Shown here piece after piece: positions 11,101-19,824 of a stretch of 20,000 bases of DNA. The stretch comes from Chiloscyllium plagiosum (lineage: Eukaryota). The notes beneath the pieces were generated by a model that was given only the letters and a program-made list of their open reading frames with translations, had not been told where the DNA came from and searched no databases. Made by a program: the position numbers and the translations under genes. The first letter of the stretch is position 1, and the number at the start of each line of letters is the position of its first letter. Where the stretch lies: NCBI RefSeq assembly GCF_004010195.1, contig NC_057720.1, forward strand, positions 10,451,493-10,471,492, written 5' to 3'.

Positions 11101-11175
11101 GGTGTTAGTACATTTCCTTGAAGCTGTATTTCTGCATATCAGTCATTCAGTTAACCCGCATCAATTTGTCCTTTT
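11101..11175 (+). other. Candidate 75-nt host-gene exon (unidentified)
   Basis: Acceptor ttcattttctacAG| and donor TTT|GTAAGT. One open frame (VLVHFLEAVFLHISHSVNPHQFVL), phase 2-2. Confidence 0.25.
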
Positions 11176-11319
11176 GTAAGTTACACATCATTGGCCAGTC
11201 ACAAGCCCTATTGAGATCTGACTATTTTAGTTGTGGATTATCTACTGTCCTTTCTCTTGCAGTTAACTTGGGATCATATGGAAACGTGCAGATGATTCCT
11301 CCACAATATGCACATCTCG

Positions 11320-11680
11320 ATAAGATCATTAGCTGCAACAGTTCTACAGATCCAACATTACTCCTGTGGAACACCACTGTAAGTCACAAAGATCATGCAC
11401 AAACATAATGCTTCCATCAACTTAACAAAATAGGTGACAGCCATTCTCTAGTGCATTCATCAGGGCAATGCCTTGACCAATTAGAGTCAATCTGCCTCAC
11501 TGACATGTAAACAAAGCTTGGCCGTTAACTTTCAATCATCATTTAACTGGCGCCTCTGCTGTTGCCAACTAACCAGCACTCTGTTCTCATACATTATAAA
11601 ATGTTGTTCCCTTTTGCAGGCTTGCAAATTTCCAAATAAACACGGATGATTGACTGCAACAAGATATATTTTCTTTCAGA
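11320..11680 (+). mobile_element. Degraded 3' region of an old PLE-like repeat
   Basis: aacaaaataggtgacagccattc...cagggcaatgccttgaccaattagagtcaa...accagcactctgttctcatac resembles a shark PLE 3' UTR as I recall it. No coding motif confirmed. Confidence 0.35.
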
Positions 11681-11819
11681 AATGTACTTGATGTACATGT
11701 GCAGTGAAAATGACGTATTGAAACACCTAACTCTAACCAAGGGAGAGGTCAGTAGACAATCCACAACCAAAACAGTCAGATCTAGATTGGGCTTGTAACT
11801 CTAACCTTGGACAAGGTGA

Positions 11820-11989
11820 GGAGATGCCGATGTTGAACTGGGGTGGACAAAGTCAGAGGTCACATGACACCAGGTTATGACTTAAGAGATTTATTTGAAA
11901 TCACAAACTTTAGCAGTGGGGCTGATGAATGGGCTATGCTTTGAAAGCTTGTAATTTAAAATAAACTTGTTGGACTATAATCTGGTGTC
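11820..11989. mobile_element. Inverted-repeat PLE-derived element (family C), left part; continues at 13243-13270
   Basis: aaagtcagaggtcacatgacaccaggttat...atttatttgaaatcacaaacttt is the inverse of aaagcttgtaatttaaaataaac...ataatctggtgtc|gtgtgactttggacttt once the 11990-13227 insert is removed. Confidence 0.8.
11922..11950 (+). ncRNA. Minimal hammerhead ribozyme motif (family C variant)
   Basis: CUGAUGA-AU-GGGC-uau-GCUU-U-GAAA-GCUU. Stem III is the palindrome AGCU. Confidence 0.5.
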
Positions 11990-12181
11990 TGAGAGAAAGT
12001 AAGGAATGAAGATGCTGGAGAGTCAGAGTCAAAAAGTGTGGTGCTGGAAAAGCACAGCAAGTCAGGCAGCATTCGAGGAGTTAGAGATTTGACATTTTGG
12101 ACATACGCCCCTCCACTGACACACTTATTTGATTGGCGGAACCAGTTGTCACCCTCAACAAATTCCCTTTTGAATCCTCCC

Positions 12182-12311
12182 ATTTCCTTCAGGCCAAAGG
12201 GGTAGCCATGGGCCTCCACATCGGCCCTAGCTATGCTTGCCTCTTTATTTCCTTCAGGCCAAAGGGGTAGCCATGGGCATCCGCATCGGCCCCAGCTACA
12301 CTTGCCTCTTT
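12182..12311 (+). repeat. 65-bp tandem duplication inside the PLE RT
   Basis: atttccttcaggccaaaggggtagccatggg...cttgcctcttt at 12182-12246 and 12247-12311, with 5 mismatches. Confidence 0.95.
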
Positions 12312-12722
12312 GCCGGATATATGAAACAGTCCATCTTCCACAGTTACACCGGCACCATTCCCCACCCCTTCCTCCGCTAGATTGCTGACTGTATTGGCAC
12401 CACCTTGTGCTCCCAGGAGGAGGTGGAACAGTTCATCAACCTCAAGACCACCTTCCACCCTGACCTTAAGTTCACCTGGACCATTTCACACTTCCCTCCC
12501 CTTCCTGGACCTCTCCGTCTCCATCTCTGGTGACTGACCCAACATTGACATCTATTTCAAGCCCACTGACTTCCACAACTACCTGAACTACACCTCTTTC
12601 CACCCCTGCTCCCTGTAAAAGTACAATCCCTTACTCCCAATTTCTCCACCCCATCCATATCTGCTCCTCAGAGGAGCAATTCCACATCAGGACATCCTAG
12701 GTGGCCTCCTATTTCCAGGACT

Positions 12723-13102
12723 NNNNNNNNNNNNNNNNNNNNNNNNNNNNNNNNNNNNNNNNNNNNNNNNNNNNNNNNNNNNNNNNNNNNNNNNNNNNNN
12801 NNNNNNNNNNNNNNNNNNNNNNNNNNNNNNNNNNNNNNNNNNNNNNNNNNNNNNNNNNNNNNNNNNNNNNNNNNNNNNNNNNNNNNNNNNNNNNNNNNNN
12901 NNNNNNNNNNNNNNNNNNNNNNNNNNNNNNNNNNNNNNNNNNNNNNNNNNNNNNNNNNNNNNNNNNNNNNNNNNNNNNNNNNNNNNNNNNNNNNNNNNNN
13001 NNNNNNNNNNNNNNNNNNNNNNNNNNNNNNNNNNNNNNNNNNNNNNNNNNNNNNNNNNNNNNNNNNNNNNNNNNNNNNNNNNNNNNNNNNNNNNNNNNNN
13101 NN
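12723..13102. other. Assembly gap (380 N)
   Basis: Run of N in the sequence. Confidence 1.
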
Positions 13103-13147
13103 CCCCCATCCTCCTATTTATCACTCAGCCTGGCTTCCCCAACATTC

Positions 13148-13175
13148 CTGATGAAGGGCTGATGTCCGAAATGTC
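13148..13175 (+). ncRNA. Minimal hammerhead ribozyme motif in the PLE 3' repeat
   Basis: CUGAUGA-A-GGGC-ugau-GUCC-GAAA-U-GUC. The ACGU palindrome has become AUGU, consistent with CpG decay. Confidence 0.6.
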
Positions 13176-13490
13176 AACTCTCCTGCTCCTCAGATGCTGC
13201 TTGACCCCAGCGCCACACTTTTCGACTCTATAATCTGGTGTCGTGTGACTTTGGACTTTAACCTCAGCCAGTTATGAAAGATGGCTCTTTTAAACAATCA
13301 TTTCACAATGTATCATAATGTGATGGCTAGAAGAAAGTTGATACATAAAAAGACAAAAAGACTGTGGTTTACATGTCTTTATTGAATGGCTAGAATAGGA
13401 TTTGGTGTACATCAGAGACATCTTAAAATATGCGAAATCATTTTCACTGCATAAAAACAGAATACTGTTTTATAGGAAAAGCTCAGCAGG

Positions 13491-16400
13491 CAAGCTCGTG
13501 AGGGCAGGAATAGGAGGATAGAGCAGATGAATGCATGGCTAAGGATCTGGTGTATGGGAAGAAGATTCACATTTTTGGATCATTGGAAGCTCATTTGGGG
13601 TAGAAGTGACCTATACAAGAAGGACGGATTGCACCTAAATTGGAAGGGGGCTAATATACTGGCAGGAAGATTTGCGAGAGCTGTCAGGAGGATTTAAACT
13701 AGTAAAGTGGGGGGTGTGGGACCAAGGAGATAGTGAAGAAAGAGATCAATCTGAGACTGGTACAGTTGAGAACAGAAGCGAGTCAAACAGTCAGGGCAGG
13801 CAGGGACAAATCAGAGAACAAGGTAGGACTGATAAATTAAACTACATTTATTTCAATGCAAGAGGCGTAACAGGGAAGGCAGATGAACTCAGGGCACGGT
13901 AAGGAACATGGGACTGGGATATCATAGCAATTACAGAAACATGGCTCAGGGATGGACAGGACTGGCAGCTTAATGTTCCAGGATACAAATTCTATAGGAA
14001 GGACAGAAAGAGAGGCAAGAGAGGAGGGGGAGTGGCATTTTTGATAAGGGATAGCATTACAGCTGTACTGAGAGAGGATATTCCTGGAAATACATCCAGG
14101 GAAGATATTTGAGTAGAACTGAGAAATAAGAAAGGGATGATCACCTTATTGGGATTGTATTATAGACTCCCTAAAATTGAGAAACAAATTTGTAAGGAGA
14201 TCTCAGTTATCTGTAAGAATAAGAGGGTGGTTATCATAGGGGATTTTAACTTTCCAAACATAGACTGGGACTGCCATAGTATTAAGGGTTTAGATGGAGA
14301 GGAATTTGTTAAGTGTGTACAAGAAAATTTTCTGATTTAGTATGTGGGCATACCTACGAGAGAAGGTGCAAAACTTGACCTACTCTTGGGAAATAAGGCA
14401 GGGTAGGTGACTGAGGTGTCAGTGGGGGAGCACTTTGGGGCCAGTGACCATAAATCTATTAGTTTTAAAATAGTGATGGAACAGGATAGACTAGATCTAA
14501 AAGTTGAAGTTCTAAATTGGAGAAAGGTAAACTTTGATGGCTTTAGGCAAGAACTTTCAAAAGCTGATTGGGGGCAGATGTTCACAGGTAAAGGGACGGC
14601 TGAAAAATGGGAAGCCTTCAGAAATGAGATAACGAGAGTCCAGAGAAAGTATAGTCCTGTTAGGGTGAATATAAAGGCTGGTAGATATAGGGAATGACTG
14701 AATGACTGAAGAAATTGAGGGTTTGGTTAAGAAAAAGAAGGAAGCATATGTCAGGTACAGACAGGATAGATCGAGTGAATCCTAAGAAGAGTATAAAGGC
14801 AGTAGGAATATACTTAAGAGTGAGATCAGGAGGGCAAAAAGGGGACATGAGATAGTTTTGACAAATAGAATTAAGGACAACCCAAAGGATTTTACAAACA
14901 TATTAAGGACAAAAGGGTAATTAGGGAGAGAATAGGGCCCCTCAAAAATCAGCAAGGCTGACTTTGTTTGGAGCCGCAGGAGATACTAAATGAGTATTTT
15001 GCATCAGTATTTACTATGGAAAAGATCATGGAAGATATAGAATGTAGGGAAATAGGTGGTGACACCTTGAAAAATGTTCATATTTCAGAGGAGGAAGTGC
15101 TGGATGTCTTGAAATGCATAAAAGTGGATAAATCCCCAGGACCTGATCAGGTGTACTCAAGATCTCTCTAGAAAACTAGAGAAGTGATTGCTGGGCCGCC
15201 TGCTGAGATATTTGTATCATCGATAGTCACATGTGAGGTGCCGGAAGACTGGAGTTTGGATAACATGGTGCCACTGTTTATAAAAGATGGTAAGGACATA
15301 TCAGGGAACCATAGACCAAGGTTCCCCATGGGAGGCTGGTTAGTAAGGGTGGATCTCATGGAATACTGGAAGAACTAGTCATTTGGATATCGAACTGGCT
15401 CAAAGGTAGAAGACAGAGGGTGGTGGTGGAGGGCTGTTTTTCTGACTGGAGACCTGTGACCAGTGGAGTGCCACAAGGATTGGTGCTGGGTCCACTACTT
15501 TTCATCATTTATATAAATGATTTGGATGTGAGCATAAGAGGTACAGTTAGTTTTTTTTAGATTACATTACAGTGTGGAAACAGGCCCTTCGGCCCAACAA
15601 GTCCACACCGACCCGCCGAAGTGTAACCCACCCATACCCCTACATTTACCCCTTTACCTAACACTACGGGCAATTTAGCATGGTAAATTCACCTGACCTG
15701 CACATCTTTGGACTGTGGGAGGAAACCGGAGTACCCGGAGGAAACCCACGCAGACACGGGGAGAACGTGCAAACTCCACACAGTCAGTCGCCTGAGGCGG
15801 GAATTGAACCCGGGTCTCTGGCGCTGTGAGGCAGCAGTGCTAACCATTGTGCCACCATGCTGCCCACTAGTTAGTAATTCTGCAGATGACACCAAAAATG
15901 GAGGTGTGGTGGACAGCGAAGAAGGTTACCTCAGATTACACCGGGATCTTGACCAGATGGGCCAATGGGCTGAGAAGTGGCAAAAAGTGTTAAATTTAGA
16001 TAAATGTGAGGTGCTGCATTTTGGGAAAGCAAATCTTAGCAGGACTTATACACTTAATGGTAAGGTCCCAGGGAATGTTGCTGAACAAAGAGACCTTGGA
16101 GTGTAGGTTCATAGCTCCTTGAAAGTAGAATCACAGGGAGATAGGATAGTGAAGAAAGCGCTTGGTATGCTTTCCTTTATTGGTCAGAGTATTGAGTACA
16201 GGAGTCGGGAGGTCATGTTGTGGCTGTACAGGACATTGGTTAGATCACTGTTGGAATGTTGCGTGCAATTCTGGTCTCCTTCCTATCGGAAAGATGTTGT
16301 GAAACCTGCAAGGGTTCAGAAAAGATTTACAAAGATGTTGCCAGGGTTGGAGGATTTGAGCTATAGGGAGAGGCTAAACAGGCTGGGGCTGTTTTACCCT

Positions 16401-16808
16401 GGAGCGCTAGAGGCTGAGAGGTGGCCTTATAGAGGTTTATAAAATCATGAGGGGCTTGGATGGTGTAAATCGACAAAGTCTCTTCACTGGGTCGGGGGAG
16501 TCCAGAACTAGAGGGCATAGGCTTAGGGTGAGAGGGGAAAGATATAAAAGAGATCTAAGGGGCAACGTTTTCATGCAGAGGGTGGTGCGTGTTTGGAATG
16601 AGATGCCAGAGGAAGTGGTGGAGGCTGGTACAATTGCAACATTTAAAAGGCATTTGGATGGGTATATGAATAGGAAGGGTTTGGAGGGATACTGGCCATG
16701 TGCTGACAGGTGGGACTGGATTGGGTTGGGATATCTGGTTGGCATGGACAAGTTGGACCAAAGAGTCTCTTTCTGTACTGTACATGTCTATGACTTTATG
16801 TCTCTATG
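13491..16808 (+). mobile_element. Long CR1-clade (HER1-type) LINE: ORF1 esterase C-terminus, ORF2 APE endonuclease and RT; pseudogenised
   Basis: ORF1: EQMNAWLRIWC...FLDHW...LYKKDGLHLNWKGANILAGRF (SGNH DxxH block). Endonuclease: YFNARG, IAITETWL, RGGGVA, IIGDFNFPNIDW, SDH. RT: KSPGPDQ, SGVPQG, YINDLD, SADDTK, NLDKCEVLHFG, VRSLLECCVQFWSP, WNEMP. Tail ctatgactttatgtctctatga. Confidence 0.95.
15552..15868 (-). mobile_element. Full-length young HE1 (V-SINE) inserted in the LINE RT
   Basis: A box tggcacaatgg, B box ggttcaattcc, V-domain, HER1-like tail and A-tail. 7-bp TSD agttagt at 15545-15551 and 15869-15875. Confidence 0.95.
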
Positions 16809-16839
16809 AGGTGTAACAGCATCTGCAGAGAGAAATGAT

Positions 16840-17163
16840 GGGTGGCACGGTGGCACACTGGTTAGCACTGATGCCTCACAGCGCCGGAGACCCGGGTTCA
16901 ATTCCTGCCTCAGGTGACTGACTGTGTGGAGTTTGCACATTCTCCCCGTGTCTGCGTGGGTTTCCTCCGGGTGCTCTGGTTTCCTCCCACAGTCCAAAGA
17001 TGTGCAGGTCAGGTGAATTGGCCATGCTAAATTGCCCGTAGTGTTAGGTAAAGGGGTAAATGTAGGGGAATGGGTGGGTTGCGCTTCGGCGGGTCGGTGT
17101 GGACTTGTTGGGCCGAAGGGCCTGTTTCCACACTGTAATGTAATGTAATCTAATCTAATAAAA
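16840..17163 (+). mobile_element. Full-length young HE1 (V-SINE)
   Basis: A box tggcacactgg, B box gttcaattcc (16896-16905), V-domain gtgtggagtttgcacattctccccgtgtctgcgtgggtttcctccggg, 3' tail similar to the LINE 3' end at ~16746-16782, and (taatg/taatc)n end. Confidence 0.95.
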
Positions 17164-17433
17164 AAATCAGGTTTAACATTTCAGGTCGAGTGACCCTTCC
17201 TCAGTACAATTACAACATTTGAAAGACATCTGGATGGGTATATCAATGGGAAGGGTTTACAAAGAAATGGGCCAAATGGTACTAGATTAATTTAGAATAT
17301 CACGTCGGAATATATGGGTCACTGGACCCGAAACATTAACTCTTGATTTCTCTGCAAAGATACTGCCAGACCTGCTGAGCTTTTCTAGCATTATCTGTTT
17401 TTTGTTTCTGAGTTACAGCATCCAGTTTTTTTT
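17164..17433. mobile_element. Inverted-repeat PLE-derived element (family B), distal part; other pieces at 13476-13490 and 16809-16836
   Basis: Left-arm pieces gaaaagctcagcagg / cagcatctgcagagagaaat / aaatcaggtttaacatttcaggtcgagtgacccttcctcag are the inverse of the right arm 17316-17425. Hammerhead on the minus strand at 17175-17204: CUGAGGA-A-GGGUC-acuc-GACCU-GAAA-U-GUU. Confidence 0.8.
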
Positions 17434-17563
17434 CTGTTTTTATAGTATATTAAAGTAAACATTTGACAATAAGACTTCCTGATGAAATGTCAAACTGATA
17501 AATATAATATAATTATTTCATATGTTTATGCACTAACTGAACTCACGTTGGTGCTTTCTCCAG

Positions 17564-17619
17564 GATCCCCACAGTCCTGTCTTTGCATGTTCAAACCAGA
17601 CACCCACAGCTCGCATCAG
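17564..17619 (+). other. Candidate 56-nt host-gene exon (unidentified)
   Basis: Branch point cactaac (17531-17537), acceptor gctttctccAG|, donor CAG|GTAAGG. All three frames are open. Confidence 0.5.
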
Positions 17620-17629
17620 GTAAGGTTTG

Positions 17630-17890
17630 GGAGTGGGAATCTCAGCCTGGGATCCAACAGCAAGGGGGAGTCTGGGCCCAGGATTGGGGAGGGGAGAGTC
17701 CGGGCTCCAGATCCAACAGCTAGCGGGAGCTCAGGCCTGGGATCCAACAGCAAGGGGAGATTCCAGTCCTGGAATCCAACAGCAAGGGAGGATGCCGGGC
17801 CTGGGATCTGACAGTAAGGGGGGAGTCCGGGCCTGGGATGCAACAGCAACAGGAAGCCAGGACTGGGAATCTGACAGGAAGGGCAGTTCC
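17630..17890 (+). repeat. G-rich degenerate minisatellite, ~30-bp unit, about 8 copies
   Basis: Repeating gggcctgggatccaacagcaagggggagtcc-like units. Confidence 0.85.
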
Positions 17891-17957
17891 GGTTGAAGAC
17901 ACTGTCAAGGACTAGGCTGGAATCGAGGCAGCAAACCGATAAAAACCCAGCAAAATG

Positions 17958-18017
17958 AGGGAGGGAAGGAGGGAGGATGGAGGAAGTGAAGAGGGTGAGA
18001 GGGAGGAGGGAGGGAGG
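17958..18017 (+). repeat. Purine-rich (GGA/GGGA)n low-complexity tract
   Basis: gaggagggaaggagggaggatggagg... Confidence 0.8.
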
Positions 18018-18025
18018 CCGTACCG

Positions 18026-18370
18026 ATCCTCCACACTACCAAGAATCGTGTCTTTAACCCTGTCTTCAGCGTTCAAATTCGACCTTCCAAAATGAATCTC
18101 TTCACATTTATCCAGGTTGAACTCCATCTGCCACTTCTCAGTCCAGCTCTGTATCCCATCAATGTCATGTCGTAACCTGCAACACCCCTTGACACTATCT
18201 ATAACACCACCTACCTTTGTGTCATTGTCAAACTTACTAACCCATCCTTCCACTTCTTCATCCAAGTCATTTATAAAAACTACAAAGAGTAGAAGCTCAG
18301 GAACAGATCCCTGCACAACACCACTGGTCACTGACCTCCAGGTGGAATACTTTCCATCCACGACCACTCA
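18026..18370 (-). mobile_element. CR1 LINE RT fragment
   Basis: WRSVTSGVVQGSV...FINDLDEEVEGWVSKFDNDTKVGG...KWQMEFNLDKCEEIHFG. Confidence 0.92.
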
Positions 18371-18374
18371 ATGA

Positions 18375-18630
18375 GGGTTTGCTTGAAAAGATGGAGTTGG
18401 CATCAGGGGTACAATTTCAGGTTGGCAACCCGTAATGAGTAGTGTGTGACAAGAGTCCGTGTTGTTGCCACAATGGTTCACAATAGATATTGATGATCTG
18501 GATGAGGAAGGTGAATGTACTACTGCCCAGTTTGTGACTGACACAAAAGTATAGGTGGGAAGGTGAGTGGTGGGTATGACAGAGAGTCTACAGAGTGATA
18601 CAGTCAGGTTAAGTGAATGGACAAAAACTG
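18375..18630 (+). mobile_element. Old CR1 RT fragment
   Basis: SGWQPVMSSV*QESVL...FTIDIDDLDEEGECTTAQFVTDTK and SLQSDTVRLSEWTK. Confidence 0.8.
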
Positions 18631-18842
18631 ACAGCCTCTCCAAAAAGACACCAATCTGATTACACCTTATATTGATTTATTTTCGAGGCAAAAGAGATGA
18701 ATAATATTTTTTAAATCAATTAGACAGAATGGGAGAGCACTCAGAATTGCCCAAGTTCCAAAAAATAAGATACAAAGATGGGTGAGAACCAAAGCTTATG
18801 TCCCCTGGGCTGTGTTTGTCATACCTTTTCAGTTTAAACAGA

Positions 18843-19140
18843 GAAACACAGAAAATAGGAGCAGGATTTGACCATTCGTTCCTTCCAGCGTACTCCACCG
18901 TTCAATGTGATCATAGCAAAACATCCAACTTAGTACCTGGTCCCTGCTTTCTCTCCATACCCTTTAGCCATGAGAACCGTATCCAACTCCTGGAAACATT
19001 CAATGTTTTGATCAAAACCACTTTCTTTGGCAGAGAGTTCCACAGGCTGATGATGCTCTGGGCGAAGGAATTTCTCTTTATTCCAGTCTTAAAAGGCCTA
19101 CTCTGTATTCTGGACTGTGACCCTGGTTCTGGACTCCCTA
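18843..19140 (-). mobile_element. Old CR1 LINE 3' end
   Basis: agaaaataggagcagga..gaccattcg (tail, antisense); ggcagagagttccaca is WNSLP antisense; gaccctggttctggactcc is ESRTRV antisense. Confidence 0.75.
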
Positions 19141-19238
19141 GTTGTCAGGACCGGGAATCTGACAGGTAAGGGGGATCTGGATGAAGATGCTGTTGAGGCC
19201 GAGGCTGGGATCAAGACAGTAAACCAAAAAAACCCGCC

Positions 19239-19355
19239 AGAAGGAAGGAAGGAAAGAAAAGACGGAGGGAGGGAAGGGAAGGAGGGTGGGAGGGAGGGAA
19301 AACGGAGGGAGAAAGAGAAGGAGGGATGGAGGGAGGGAAGGAAGGAGAGAGGGAG
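19239..19355 (+). repeat. Purine-rich (GGAA/GGGA)n microsatellite
   Basis: gaaggaaggaaggaaagaaaagacggagggagggaagggaagg... Confidence 0.9.
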
Positions 19356-19368
19356 TGAGACCACACTA

Positions 19369-19816
19369 ATCCTCCACACTGCCAAGAATCCTGTCTTCAG
19401 CATTCAAATTTGACCTTCCCAAAATAAATCACTTCCCATTTATTCAGGTTGAACTCTGTCTCTTCTCAGCCCAGCTCTGCATCCTGTTGATGTCGTGTTG
19501 TAACCTGCAACAGCCCTCGACACCATCTACAACACCACGCACCTTTGTGCCATTGACAAATTTACTAACCCACCCTTTCACTTCTTCATTCAAGTCATTT
19601 ATAAAAACTACAAAGACTGGAGGTTCAGGAACAGATCCCTGCAGGACACCATTGGTCACCGACTTCCAGGTGGAATACTTTCTATCCACTGCCACTCACT
19701 GTCTTCTTTTGGCAGCTAATTCCCATTTCTCCTAACTTTCTGAATGAATCTGGCATGGGGAACCTTATCAAATGCCTTACTGAAATCCATATACACCACA
19801 TCCACTGCTCAACCTT
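19369..19816 (-). mobile_element. CR1 LINE RT fragment (paralogue of 18026-18370)
   Basis: VVYMDFSKAFDKVPH (antisense at ~19755-19800) and WKSVTNGVLQGSV...FINDLNEEVKGWVSKFVNGTKV. Confidence 0.92.
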
Positions 19817-19824
19817 TGTTAACT

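Larger units (their letters stand above)
11990..13227 (+). mobile_element. 5'-truncated Penelope-like retroelement with inverted 5' terminal repeat and decayed RT
   Basis: 11990-12110 is an inverted terminal repeat. The + strand RT then reads HFLQAKGVAMGLHIGPSYACLF, FLR*IADCIG (RYIDD-like), FHPDLKFTW, LPFLDLS, IYFKPTDFHNYLNY. The 3' repeat with hammerhead core lies after the gap. 15-bp TSD ctataatctggtgtc at 11975-11989 and 13228-13242. Confidence 0.92.

Noticed and set aside
12687..13162. ORFs of 145 aa and 153 aa
   Set aside because: Artefacts of translating the N gap.
16840..16915. tRNA gene
   Set aside because: The A and B boxes belong to the tRNA-derived head of an HE1 SINE and continue directly into the V-domain.
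17480..17505. ctgatgaaatgtcaaactgataaa as a further hammerhead
   Set aside because: GAAA core and stem II are missing.
17630..17890. ~30-bp repeats as a CRISPR array or coding repeat
   Set aside because: Units are adjacent and degenerate with no unique spacers, the context is vertebrate, and ORFs on both strands reflect low complexity.
19098..19413. ORFs of 98 aa and 101 aa
   Set aside because: They are translations of a GGAA/GGGA microsatellite.
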